A DNA stretch of 64,000 bases from Gammaproteobacteria bacterium (lineage in GTDB: Bacteria; Pseudomonadota; Gammaproteobacteria; JACKNK01). Below are positions 23,009 to 32,714 of the stretch, one piece after another (the stretch's first letter is position 1; the number at the start of each line of letters is the position of its first letter). Where the stretch lies: the NCBI GenBank assembly GCA_049604295.1, contig JBMYTL010000009.1, positions 5,437 through 69,436 on the forward strand, in the 5' to 3' direction. The notes beneath the pieces were generated by a model, which was not told where the DNA came from, did not search any database, and was given only the letters and a program-made list of their open reading frames with translations. The position numbers and the translations under genes were made by a program.

Positions 23009-23962
23009 TTAGCGGTCGGCCTTGAGGGCCTCCGTCAGAGCCTCGAGCTTTGCCTCGATCTGGGCGAGGCGGGAATCGATGACACCCTGGGGTTTTTCCC
23101 CGTCCGATTCCGCTTTCCCGCCATCACGCGCGCCCTCCTTGATCACGGCCCCAACCTCGGCGGCGATCTCCTCGGCGACCAGGTCCACCACGTGCCCGTC
23201 TATTTCGTGGCGCTCGTCGAGGAATCCGAACACCAGGATACGGTCGGCGAGGCGGTTGATCTGTCGCGGCACACCGTGTGAATGGCGATAGATGGCCTCG
23301 AAACCGTCATCAGTGATCACCGGATCCTGGTCCCAGCCCACATGCCGGAGTCGATACTCGATGTAGGAGCGTGTCTCGGAAAGGTCCAGGGGGGTGAGGT
23401 GGTACCCGGCGATTACACGCTGGCGGAACTGCTCCATGCCCGGCCCGTTAAGCGTGGCCTGAAACTCGTTCTGGGCGAGCAGAAAACACTGGAACAGAGG
23501 GTGCTCACCCAGAGTCAGGTTGGACAGCATGCGCAATTCCTCGAGGGACTGTCGCGGCATGTTCTGGGCCTCGTCCACCAATAGCAGTGTGCGCTTCCCG
23601 CCCTTGTAGACGCGTACGAAAAACTGCTCGAGTTGCTGTAACAAGGTTGCCTTGGTCTTGCCTTCCTGACGCAACCCGAACGCGCCCGCGACCATGCGCA
23701 GGGTATCGTCGGGGTCGAGCTGGGTCGTCACCACCCGCCCGGCGACGATATCCTCCTTGATGAACTGTTTGAGCAGGGCATGGGCCAAGGTGGTCTTTCC
23801 GGTCCCCACGTTGCCCGTGATGATGATGAAACCCTCCGCCTTTTCGAGGCCATAGCGCAGGTAGGCCAAGGCCCGTTTGTGGCCACGGCCCAAGTAGAGG
23901 AATTCCGGGTCAGGACTGAGCTGAAACGGTTTCCCGGTGAGCTTGTAAAAGGCTTCGTACAT
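23009..23962 (-). CDS. ExeA-like AAA ATPase, PEP-CTERM locus subfamily
   Basis: 317 aa with MYEAFYKLTGKPFQLSPDPEFLY..., Walker A GNVGTGKTT and Walker B LLVDEAQN. Confidence 0.88.
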   Translation of the reverse strand: MYEAFYKLTGKPFQLSPDPEFLYLGRGHKRALAYLRYGLEKAEGFIIITGNVGTGKTTLAHALLKQFIKEDIVAGRVVTTQLDPDDTLRMVAGAFGLRQEGKTKATLLQQLEQFFVRVYKGGKRTLLLVDEAQNMPRQSLEELRMLSNLTLGEHPLFQCFLLAQNEFQATLNGPGMEQFRQRVIAGYHLTPLDLSETRSYIEYRLRHVGWDQDPVITDDGFEAIYRHSHGVPRQINRLADRILVFGFLDERHEIDGHVVDLVAEEIAAEVGAVIKEGARDGGKAESDGEKPQGVIDSRLAQIEAKLEALTEALKADR

Positions 23963-24098
23963 GAATGGGGACGGCAGGTGGGCCCGGAACCTCCGGAAAG
24001 TGATGATCTATCTTAACCCGCAATATGCGCCGGGCGTGTGGCGCTCGGGGTAATCCTTTTCGGCGATGGGGTAGATCAGCCGGTCGTTTCAAGACCGG

Positions 24099-25517
24099 TC
24101 AAAACTTGGCTGAAACACCCAGCCCGACGGTATTGCTCACGAAACCGTCGCTGCGGTTACTCTCCCGCTCACTTCGTTTGACGCTTAGGTTGGCCCGGTA
24201 GTCTCGACTGAGGGTATAGCTCACGCCCAGGGAGTAGCTGTATTGCTGGCTTTCCAAACCGGTATCACTGACTGCCGTATCCTGGAATCGAAAGCTCAGG
24301 TTTCCGGACAAGCGACCGTTGAATTGCAGAGCGTATCCAGCGGTGAAACCCCAGACATCCTCTTCACCGCCGCCCCCCTGGAATTCACGCACGTCGTAGA
24401 AACCGGAAAGGTTGTACCGGCTACGCCCGCGGGCGATCCGCACCCCCGTGTTGAATCGCCGTTGAACGAACACATCGTCCGTCAGGGTGGGCAGTTCGAT
24501 ACCGATCAGAACCTCACCCGCCTCATCGAAGATCAGCCGCCCCTCCTGCAGCCGTTGTGTGGTTTCCAGGCTCTCGGTGTAACCCGCGTTCAGGCTGCCG
24601 TTGCGGAACTGGTGGCTGTAGTTCATTCCATAGGTCGTAGAGAAGAAGCGACGCCCGATGCTGAGCGAAAGATCATTGCGTCTATCGATGATCCAACGCG
24701 CACCCAGGTTGAAGATCCCACCCGTCGGCTCGCGCCCCACGGTCTGAAACGAGTTGTCCTCGAAGCCGGTGGAAGCGTTGAGGGTCAGCTTGGGACGTAC
24801 GCGCTTACTCGCGCTGATGGTGACATCGGAGAACGTGTTGCCGGTGTTGTTGTCCCTTCGGTAGGAGTAATCCAGCCCCCAGCCAAAGGTCTGGAACGCC
24901 GGCCCCTGCCGCAGACTGAGTTGGATATCCTGCGACGACCCGCCATTGCTTCCAGAGGTACTGTTGCGCACCTCACGGTACCCGCCATTGGCCGTGAGAA
25001 CAGCGAAGTTCTCGAAGTTATGCACGAAACGCGGCGATATCCGGAACGTCTGGGTGTTGGTGACGTTGTCAGTGGCAAGCAACAGGTCATCAGTGGCGGC
25101 ACGGCGGTTGTCAATGACCGTCTGGCTCTGGGTTACCCGGGTATCCACCGTGAAGCGCTCCGGCAGGATGTTCGCCTTGAGCACGGCATCCATGGTCAGG
25201 AAGGTATTGCGCGGCTTCTCCGTTTCAGCGAAACGTTGATGACGGAACGCGCCACGGAAGGCGAGGTCGGAGCGGCGGGTCTTGCGTGTCAGGGATGAGT
25301 TGGTATTGAGGACGGATACGAAATCGCTGGTGGCGCCTCCCTCAGGGCCCAGGGTGGCGTTGTCGGTGTAATTGAAGTTTACCGACCCACCGGAGCTATA
25401 CGTCCAGTCCACCGCCCACACCGGCGCGCCCAGGATGGTCGGCACCAATGCCACGACGACGCTGGCAAAGCCCGTGCCCACCCGCTTTCCAGCCGCGCAG
25501 GCGGCATGGCCCCCCAT
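24099..25517 (-). CDS. PEP-CTERM system-associated outer-membrane beta-barrel protein
   Basis: 472 aa with a signal peptide (…ILGAPVWA/VDW), an alternating beta-strand pattern rich in Y/S/N/G/R, and a terminal aromatic residue (…GVSAKF). Confidence 0.75.
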   Translation of the reverse strand: MGGHAACAAGKRVGTGFASVVVALVPTILGAPVWAVDWTYSSGGSVNFNYTDNATLGPEGGATSDFVSVLNTNSSLTRKTRRSDLAFRGAFRHQRFAETEKPRNTFLTMDAVLKANILPERFTVDTRVTQSQTVIDNRRAATDDLLLATDNVTNTQTFRISPRFVHNFENFAVLTANGGYREVRNSTSGSNGGSSQDIQLSLRQGPAFQTFGWGLDYSYRRDNNTGNTFSDVTISASKRVRPKLTLNASTGFEDNSFQTVGREPTGGIFNLGARWIIDRRNDLSLSIGRRFFSTTYGMNYSHQFRNGSLNAGYTESLETTQRLQEGRLIFDEAGEVLIGIELPTLTDDVFVQRRFNTGVRIARGRSRYNLSGFYDVREFQGGGGEEDVWGFTAGYALQFNGRLSGNLSFRFQDTAVSDTGLESQQYSYSLGVSYTLSRDYRANLSVKRSERESNRSDGFVSNTVGLGVSAKF

Positions 25518-25570
25518 GACCTATCCCCGTCCCAGGTCGATTGATGCGTTGGCGCGACCCCGGACACCGG

Positions 25571-27430
25571 TCATTGCCCGTACCCGTAGTAACCGTAGTA
25601 ATAGGGGTAGCGGTAATCGTAGTAGTAGCCGGAACGCGCATTGGGTCGCGCCTTGTTCAGAACCAGGCCTATGAACTTCGACTTGTCCAGAAGGTTCAAC
25701 GAATCCTGAAGCACGAACTGAGGGGTCTTGTTGGCCTCGGCCACCACGACGATCTGGGACATGAGCGAAGCCAGGACCGCGGCCTCGGATGTCACCAGCA
25801 AGGGCGGGGAATCGAACACGATGATGCGATCCGGGTAACGCTGGGCCATCTCCTGGGCAAGCGTGCGCATACCATCACTGGCGAGCAATTCCACCGAGTT
25901 GGGGTGTCTCCGCCCCGCTGGCATAAGTCGCAATTTGGGCACGTTGGTGGTCAGCAGCACATCCCGCATGGAGGCGTCCTCGAGCAGGACATCGATCAAC
26001 CCCGCCTCGGTCTCCATATCAAACAGACGTGCAAAGGATGGCTTCGCGACATCCGCGTCCACCAGCAGCACCGTACGGTCCAGCTCCATCGCCAGGCTCA
26101 TGGCAAGGTTTACGGAGGTGAAGGTTTTGCCCTCACCGGGCACGGAACTGGTCACCATGATCAGGTTCGGGTTGTCGAACTGCCGCTCACCGTCACCGAG
26201 AATGTTCTGCAGGAGGGGCCGCTTGATCATGCGGTATTCCTCGGCGATCTTCCCGCGCGCCGAATCGGGCGTGACCATGCCCATCTCACGCAGGCGGTCG
26301 AGGTTCAATTCGACGTGGTTTACCGCGCGGAAACCCGAGCCTTCATCGGGCTCATAGTCCTCGTCATCGTCAAGGATCAGTTGAGGAGTGACCCCCACGG
26401 CCCCGTCACGGCCCTCGCCCGATGTGGCCAGGGCCTTCACCACCTTTGCCTTGGGCGGGCTGATGAATTCATCGAGTTCAGCGCGCAGTTCGGGACTCAA
26501 TTCATCGGGATCAATATCCGCCAGGGGATCATCGTCTTCACCGCCAGAGCCAAGTTCCTCCTCCCCCCCTGCTGATGGGCCGCGCCCCCGGATACGACGC
26601 CGCTTTGTGGGGTGACCGCGTGACTCCGTTTCCGGTTTGTTCGAATCCGCATTCCGAGCGGGCTCCGCGCCGCCATCCGCCTCATCGGGTGCTTCGCTGG
26701 GGGTGTCTTCTTCCCCACCCGCGGACGGCCCGCCCGCCCGGCCCCGGGAGAGCGCTCGTTCCGTGCCTTCAGACCCTTGATCGTCCTCCCCACCGGCGGA
26801 CACGGCTCGGTGATGACTGTCCGCGGCTTGCGTTTCATCCACCTCGGACGTGACCGTCGGCTCGCCGCCCAGGGCGTCCGCGGCACGCTCAACGGTGCCG
26901 AACGCTTCCATCCCCGCGTCCACGGGTAGACCACGTTCGATCGCATCGATCTCATCCAGAAACTCAGGCGGTGTGCCGAAGATATCGTTCTCGTCACGTG
27001 CTTCGGGTTGCCTTTCAGGCCGAGATTCAGGGCCCACCGATTGCGCATCGGCCTGAGCAAGGCTGTTCCCCTGCCCCGACTCGCCCGATGTATCGTCAGC
27101 GGCCACCTGAACCGAACCTTCGCTGCCGACGTAATCGACCGCGAGCCAATCCTCCTCCCTGCCATCCCCGTCAAAACCGAAGGAGGCCACGTCAAATAGC
27201 GGACGGGGCTCCGCATCGAAACCATCCGGGATCACCACGGTGCGCACGTCATGATCGCCGCTGGCCTCCGCGGCCACAGCCCCAGGCGACGGAACCGCGG
27301 GCGCCACCGCCGGATCCATACGGGATTGCGCGGGTACCGGGTCCTCCACCCTGGGCGGCGGCTTTTTCTCTGGTCGACGCGGTTCGCCCCCGCCTTCCAG
27401 CTTTTCCATGAAGCGTTCGATCAGGCTCAT
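25571..27430 (-). CDS. BY-kinase (tyrosine autokinase) of the XrtA locus with a very long acidic low-complexity insert
   Basis: The N-terminus is MSLIERFMEKL. The last 253 aa form a P-loop domain with Walker A SSVPGEGKTFTS, Walker A' VLLVDADV and Walker B IIVFDSPPLL, plus a Tyr-cluster tail GYYYDYRYPYYYGYYGYGQ. Residues about 25-366 are Asp/Glu/Gly/Pro/Ala-rich. The ATG overlaps the upstream gene's stop (ATGA). Confidence 0.88.
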   Translation of the reverse strand: MSLIERFMEKLEGGGEPRRPEKKPPPRVEDPVPAQSRMDPAVAPAVPSPGAVAAEASGDHDVRTVVIPDGFDAEPRPLFDVASFGFDGDGREEDWLAVDYVGSEGSVQVAADDTSGESGQGNSLAQADAQSVGPESRPERQPEARDENDIFGTPPEFLDEIDAIERGLPVDAGMEAFGTVERAADALGGEPTVTSEVDETQAADSHHRAVSAGGEDDQGSEGTERALSRGRAGGPSAGGEEDTPSEAPDEADGGAEPARNADSNKPETESRGHPTKRRRIRGRGPSAGGEEELGSGGEDDDPLADIDPDELSPELRAELDEFISPPKAKVVKALATSGEGRDGAVGVTPQLILDDDEDYEPDEGSGFRAVNHVELNLDRLREMGMVTPDSARGKIAEEYRMIKRPLLQNILGDGERQFDNPNLIMVTSSVPGEGKTFTSVNLAMSLAMELDRTVLLVDADVAKPSFARLFDMETEAGLIDVLLEDASMRDVLLTTNVPKLRLMPAGRRHPNSVELLASDGMRTLAQEMAQRYPDRIIVFDSPPLLVTSEAAVLASLMSQIVVVAEANKTPQFVLQDSLNLLDKSKFIGLVLNKARPNARSGYYYDYRYPYYYGYYGYGQ

Positions 27431-29058
27431 ATGAATCGGCTCACACCGGGAAGATCCTTGATCACCTCAAGCCCCACCACCTCGAGGAACAGTACCGCGC
27501 CAAACGCGACCACCAATCCGGCCCCGGAGATAACAAAGGCCGCCAGCGATGCCCTCTTGCGCCACTGCTGCGCAGGCGTCCAGATCATGGTCACCGTGCC
27601 GATAACCGGCAGTTGGGTCGTATCCTCCATGATGCGGCGGTTATCGAAAGTCGGCCTGATCAGCGACATGATCAGCGCGACACCGAAACCGGCACCTACA
27701 CCCAATATCAGAACCACCGCGAAGAACATGGGCCGGTTCGGGCCCGTGGGACTGAGCGGAACGCGGGGCGGGTCAACGATCCGGAACTTCACATTGTCCG
27801 AACTCTGCTCTGCTTCCTGGGAGATACGCGCGGTTTCCAGCTTGGCCAGCAGGGCATCGTACTGTTTCCGGTTGACGTCATAGTCACGGTTCAGGCGCTT
27901 GAGTTCGGCCTCAACCTGGGGAACCGTGTCGACCATCTCCTGCAAGGCCGCGACACGGCGTTCGAACTCACCCGCGCGCACCGTCAGAGAGGCGACTTCC
28001 GCCTCTGCCGCCGCGAGTGCGACCTTCATTTCCATGTAGAGCGGGTTCTGCTCCATACCTTGGCGCTCGGACGTGACACCGGCGTCAGCCTCACCGCCTT
28101 CTTCCTCTGGCTGCGCCACCCCCAGGATCTCGAGACGTTTTTTCTCCAGTGCCTTGATCTGACTGGAGAGCGCAACCACATCGGGATGTTTGTCGGTATA
28201 GACCGTCAGCAGCTCATCCATGTTTTGGGTGAGTGCCGCAATACGTTTGTCCACCTCATCAGTGGGTGACGGGCCGTCGCGCTCGATAACCCCCGGGGAA
28301 TAGCGTCGCTGGAAGACCGGTGCGACCGGACTCTCGTTGTCGAGTTGCTCCTCAAGCGCATCGCGGCGCATTTCCGCCTCACGCAGTTCAAGACGGACTT
28401 GCTGAAGATCCTGCTGAGAACGCTCCATGCGCGAGAAGTAACCGCCCCCCTGACCGGGCATCATGCCCACGTGCTTGCGTTTGAACTCCTTGAGTCGGTC
28501 TTCCGCGGCAATCAGCCTCGATTCGTACTCGCGGATCTGCTGTTCCAGGAACTGCTGGGCGATATCCGTATCTTTACGCGATGCCCCCAGGGTGCTTTCA
28601 ACGAAAATATTCAGCACGGCCTGAACCACCCGTTTGGCCAGGTTCGGGTCATCGGACTGGAATGAAATGGCGTAGAAATTCTGCTTGCCCGCCCCGGATA
28701 TGGAGATACTCGATCCCAAGCTGGCCAGAAGCTCCTCCATATCCGCCGGGTCCTTGACCTTCAGATCCATATCGGTCATGCGCGCCACCTTCTCGAGGTT
28801 CGGTCGCGTCAAGAGCAGGCGCGTCATGTCATCGATCCGGTTCGAGATATTCTGATTCACGGTCATACCCGCCAACAGGGGCTTGAGCATGGACTGCGTA
28901 TCCACGAACACCTTGGCCGTGGAGTGCCACTGATCGGGCATCTTGAACACAAAGGCCCAACCCATCAGGCACACCACCCAGGCAATGAGCATGGCCCACC
29001 ACCGGAAGCGCCAGATCCCGGTGATATAGCCAATGGCTTGAGCGAGGATTTCCTGCAT
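27427..29058 (-). CDS. Polysaccharide chain-length determinant (Wzz/PCP-type), XrtA locus
   Basis: 543 aa with an N-terminal TM segment, a long coiled-coil periplasmic region and a C-terminal TM segment (FFAVVLILGVGAGFGVALIMSLI). Confidence 0.88.
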   Translation of the reverse strand: MQEILAQAIGYITGIWRFRWWAMLIAWVVCLMGWAFVFKMPDQWHSTAKVFVDTQSMLKPLLAGMTVNQNISNRIDDMTRLLLTRPNLEKVARMTDMDLKVKDPADMEELLASLGSSISISGAGKQNFYAISFQSDDPNLAKRVVQAVLNIFVESTLGASRKDTDIAQQFLEQQIREYESRLIAAEDRLKEFKRKHVGMMPGQGGGYFSRMERSQQDLQQVRLELREAEMRRDALEEQLDNESPVAPVFQRRYSPGVIERDGPSPTDEVDKRIAALTQNMDELLTVYTDKHPDVVALSSQIKALEKKRLEILGVAQPEEEGGEADAGVTSERQGMEQNPLYMEMKVALAAAEAEVASLTVRAGEFERRVAALQEMVDTVPQVEAELKRLNRDYDVNRKQYDALLAKLETARISQEAEQSSDNVKFRIVDPPRVPLSPTGPNRPMFFAVVLILGVGAGFGVALIMSLIRPTFDNRRIMEDTTQLPVIGTVTMIWTPAQQWRKRASLAAFVISGAGLVVAFGAVLFLEVVGLEVIKDLPGVSRFI

Positions 29059-29089
29059 GACTCGTTTACAGCGCCTTCAGGGCCCAGCC

Positions 29090-29734
29090 TCAGAAAAGGG
29101 CCTCGGGAATGATCAGAATATCGCCTGGCAACATCTGCACATTGGCCGAAATATCGCCGCGTTTGATGAGATCGGCGATCCGCACGCCGAACTGGACTTG
29201 TTCCCCATTGACCGTGCGGACCACGCTGGCACGGTCACCATCGGCAAACGTGGTCAGGCCTCCGACCTGGATCATTACATCCAGCAGGGTCATGGCCTCC
29301 CGGTAGGACAGGGACTGGGGCCTCGCTGCCTCACCGACCACGCGGATCTGATCACTGAACGGACCATTGAATCCTTTCACGATCACCGTGACCACCGGCG
29401 CCTTCACGTAGGTGGAAAGCACCTCCTCCATGTCGCGTGCGAGCTGGGTGGGGGTCTTGCCTGCCGCTGCCATGTCTTCGACCAGCGGCGTGGACAACTT
29501 GCCATCGGGGCGCACTGGGACATTGGCCGACAGCTCTTTGTTCCGCCAGACGAAGATTTCGAGATTGTCCCCGGGACCGATGCGGTATTCGGCCTGCTCC
29601 TTCACCTCGCGCAACTCCGCGGGCAGGGGCGGCAGGCTTTCGCAGCCCTGGAGAAACAGCAAAGCCACCATCACGGTGGCAATGACACGCACTCCGGAAA
29701 GGCGGCAAAACTCGGGTCGGTTCATGGCAAACAA
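29090..29734 (-). CDS. Wza-like polysaccharide export lipoprotein (PEP-CTERM system EpsE type)
   Basis: 214 aa with lipobox LFLQGC, the Poly_export motif YRIGPGDNLEIFVW and a SLBB-like C-terminus. Confidence 0.88.
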   Translation of the reverse strand: MFAMNRPEFCRLSGVRVIATVMVALLFLQGCESLPPLPAELREVKEQAEYRIGPGDNLEIFVWRNKELSANVPVRPDGKLSTPLVEDMAAAGKTPTQLARDMEEVLSTYVKAPVVTVIVKGFNGPFSDQIRVVGEAARPQSLSYREAMTLLDVMIQVGGLTTFADGDRASVVRTVNGEQVQFGVRIADLIKRGDISANVQMLPGDILIIPEALF

Positions 29735-29795
29735 GCCCTCCTAAGGGGGGCTCACCTCGAGGAGAACCCTTAAATCACTTCAGGAATCCGTTCTA

Positions 29796-29824
29796 ACTAT
29801 TTGAAATTTTGAACCATTTATCAA
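29796..29824 (-). promoter_or_regulatory. Candidate sigma70-type promoter in an AT-rich island upstream of the export gene
   Basis: On the minus strand it reads TTGATA (29824..29819), a 17-nt spacer, then AATAGT (29801..29796). It sits in the only AT-rich patch of the 138-bp prsT/export intergenic region. This is pattern matching only. Confidence 0.3.
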
Positions 29825-29872
29825 GCCAAATCGACCCAACCCGATACAAACCGGTCCCTGAACCCCGCATGT

Positions 29873-32665
29873 TCACTGGGGCAATGAAGCCAGAAGCGCT
29901 TCAACCTTCTTCCGCTCGGGAAAGTCCTTGGACAGCTGCAGCGCCCGTTCGAGGTGGATGCGCGCATCCTTATGACGCCCCACGGCATTGAGGCCCACGG
30001 CCAGGTGGTACCTCATGTCTGGCCGTTGCGGGGCAAGGTTCACGGCCTTTTCCAAGGTTTCAACGCCCAGATTCTTGTCGCCGGCCTGCACCAGGGCCCA
30101 ACCGTAGGTATCAACGACCTCGGCCCGGTTCGGCGCTTTTTCATAGGCTTTCTCGGCGTAGGTCAGACCACGCGGATCGCCCTTATCCAAGAGCATCCAG
30201 GCCAAATTGTTGTACACGACAAGATTCTCCGGCTGAGTCTTGAGCACCTTCTCGTAGGCCGCCTGAGCCTCCGCGAGCTGACCCAGCTCATGCTGGGCAA
30301 CGGCGTAGATCATCTGGATCCGCCCGTCGTCCGGGTAGTCCTTGAGCCACTCCTGCAGCGGCTTCAGTGAAGCGGGGCCGAAGTTGCGGGCTCGAGCGGC
30401 CTGATGCCGTTTGATGGCCAGTTGGGCGGATTTTTCAACGGCGTAAGCCTCGTTGAATCGCTTGTAGGCATCCTCGAAACGATCCGCCCGCATGTACATG
30501 TCGCCGCTGAGTTCGTAACCGGCCGCAACCTTCGGCTGCATTTCGATGATCGCTTCGGCGGAGGCGATGGCTTCATCCATGTTTCCCATGCGATAGAGCA
30601 GATCCGATTTCATGATCCGCGCGGCGAGGCCCTCCGGATCAATATCAATGACCTTGTTGAGCTGGGTGATGGCCCCTTCCATATCCTTGCGGTTGACCAG
30701 CACGGAGGCCAGTTGCAGCCGCGGCTGCGTCGCGATGGGATTGAGCTTGATGAGGTCATCGTAGTATCCCTCGGCTTCCTCCAAACGCCCGGAGGCAGCC
30801 AGGGCCGCGGCAAGCATGTTGAGCGACCGCTCGGACTCCGGATGCGCCACCTGGTTCTGCCGAGCCGTGGAGATGGCTCGCTCAGAATCGCCCGCGCGCA
30901 GATACAGGCGCGTCAACGCGATCATCGGACGCTCGGATTGGGGATCGGCGTTGCGCGCCTGCTCCGCCCATTTGATCGCCTCATCGATCTTTCCTTTGGT
31001 CGCCGCGTAACCGGACAACGCCAGCAGGGCATGCTCGTTCGTCGCGTCGATCTCCTGAACCTCGCGGTAGCGAACCTGCGCGGCTTCGATGTCGTTGTTG
31101 ATCAAGTCGATCTGCGCGAGGTTCAAGCGTGCGGAGACCATCTTGGGGTCGATTTCCAGGGCCTTCTCGAAGGCCTTCGCGGCACGATCATGTTCACCCT
31201 GATTCAGATGCGCCGCGCCCAGCAGGTTCCAGGGCACGGCCGATTTCGGGTTGTCCTTGATCAGGTCCTTGGCCGTCTGGATAGCGGCGATGTTGTCCTT
31301 GTTGCGCATCTGGGCGAAGACCAGCATCACGTCTGCCATGCCCATCTCGTCCTCAAGGCGGGTCGATTCGCGCAGTGATTTCACTGCAGCGTCGTAATTG
31401 CCCGATACCAGCTGCCCCATGGCCAACTGGGAGTGCATGGCCGCCGCGTCCGGTTGTAACTCCGTCGCCATGGCGAGGTATTTGTTGCCCTGTTTGGGAT
31501 CGTTGCTCTGCAGATAGGCGCTACCCAACAACGCCAGATACTGCGGGTCCTTGTCCATTTCCGGGGTGTGAATGGTCTCGAGAATCTCGACGGCCTCACG
31601 CGGACGCTTGGTCTTCATGCGGGTAGCGGCGAGCAGCTTGATCGCGCGGGGGTTGGTCTTGATCGCACGCACGTAGCGGGTCAGATGCTCTTCGGCCAGT
31701 TCCAGGTTGTCGCGCTGGTACTCGATGACCCCCATGAGCATGTTGGCGGCGGGATGACTGGGGGAAAGCCGCAACACCTCCACAAGCTGCTCGGCCGCGG
31801 GCTCGACCTCCTTGCGGGCGAACAGAATGGACGCCTTGAGGAAACGCGCCTGTGGGTCCTTGGGCCGGTACTTGAGCACCAGATCCACATCGCGTTCGGC
31901 AATTTCGGGCTTGTCCATGGCAACGTAGGTGGTGGCACGCCCCACCAGCGCGGACATATTGCCGGCTTCAACGCTCAGCGCCCGATCGAAGGCCTTCGCC
32001 GCTTCCACCAGTTTGTTGTTGCGGCGGAATATCTCCGCCTGGACCACCCAGCTGGCGGCGCGGGTGGAATCCTTTGCCAGGGCCCGGCGCACATGCTTCT
32101 CGGCGGTCTCAAGGTCGTTGGAAAGCACGGCCAGTCGAGACAGTCCCAGGTACGCCTCGCCACTGTCCGGATGGGTCTTCAGGGCGCGTTCGAATTCCTT
32201 CCTGGCATCGTCGTTCGCGCCCTTGATCAGGTAGGCGGTGCCCTTGAGCGCGATGAGTTCGGCCTTGACCAGATCCGATACGGAATAATCGGGTTCAAGT
32301 TCCAGGATGACTTTGTCCGTCTGCCCCTGCGCCAGGTAGGCACGCCCCATATCGACGCCCCATCGATCCATGGGCACGCCGGCACTGCGCGCCCTGCGGA
32401 TTTCTTTCTCCGCCCCTGCGCCGTTGCCCACGCGCAGGTAAACCCGTCCGAGCAGCAAGCGGGCTTCCCCGTTCTCGGGGTTGTCCTGCAGCACGCGCTT
32501 GAGCTTGATCACGGCAGTGCGCAGATCACCCTTTTCCACCTGGGTGCCTATCTCGGAGAGCACTTCATCCTGGTCCTGTGCGAGCGCCGGAACAGTCACA
32601 AGGGCCAGGGCCACGGCGAGCAACAGCCGGGCCAGAACACGGGGGGATGAAGATTTCACGAGCAT
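29873..32665 (-). CDS. prsT: PEP-CTERM system TPR-repeat protein PrsT
   Basis: 930 aa with a signal peptide (…VPALA/QDQ) followed by more than 20 TPR-like repeats end to end. It sits next to prsR/prsK. Confidence 0.85.
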   Translation of the reverse strand: MLVKSSSPRVLARLLLAVALALVTVPALAQDQDEVLSEIGTQVEKGDLRTAVIKLKRVLQDNPENGEARLLLGRVYLRVGNGAGAEKEIRRARSAGVPMDRWGVDMGRAYLAQGQTDKVILELEPDYSVSDLVKAELIALKGTAYLIKGANDDARKEFERALKTHPDSGEAYLGLSRLAVLSNDLETAEKHVRRALAKDSTRAASWVVQAEIFRRNNKLVEAAKAFDRALSVEAGNMSALVGRATTYVAMDKPEIAERDVDLVLKYRPKDPQARFLKASILFARKEVEPAAEQLVEVLRLSPSHPAANMLMGVIEYQRDNLELAEEHLTRYVRAIKTNPRAIKLLAATRMKTKRPREAVEILETIHTPEMDKDPQYLALLGSAYLQSNDPKQGNKYLAMATELQPDAAAMHSQLAMGQLVSGNYDAAVKSLRESTRLEDEMGMADVMLVFAQMRNKDNIAAIQTAKDLIKDNPKSAVPWNLLGAAHLNQGEHDRAAKAFEKALEIDPKMVSARLNLAQIDLINNDIEAAQVRYREVQEIDATNEHALLALSGYAATKGKIDEAIKWAEQARNADPQSERPMIALTRLYLRAGDSERAISTARQNQVAHPESERSLNMLAAALAASGRLEEAEGYYDDLIKLNPIATQPRLQLASVLVNRKDMEGAITQLNKVIDIDPEGLAARIMKSDLLYRMGNMDEAIASAEAIIEMQPKVAAGYELSGDMYMRADRFEDAYKRFNEAYAVEKSAQLAIKRHQAARARNFGPASLKPLQEWLKDYPDDGRIQMIYAVAQHELGQLAEAQAAYEKVLKTQPENLVVYNNLAWMLLDKGDPRGLTYAEKAYEKAPNRAEVVDTYGWALVQAGDKNLGVETLEKAVNLAPQRPDMRYHLAVGLNAVGRHKDARIHLERALQLSKDFPERKKVEALLASLPQ

Positions 32666-32714
32666 TGCGGCATTCCTGTTTTTTTCCGGCTCACACCTTA
32701 CGGGACTGGCGTCA

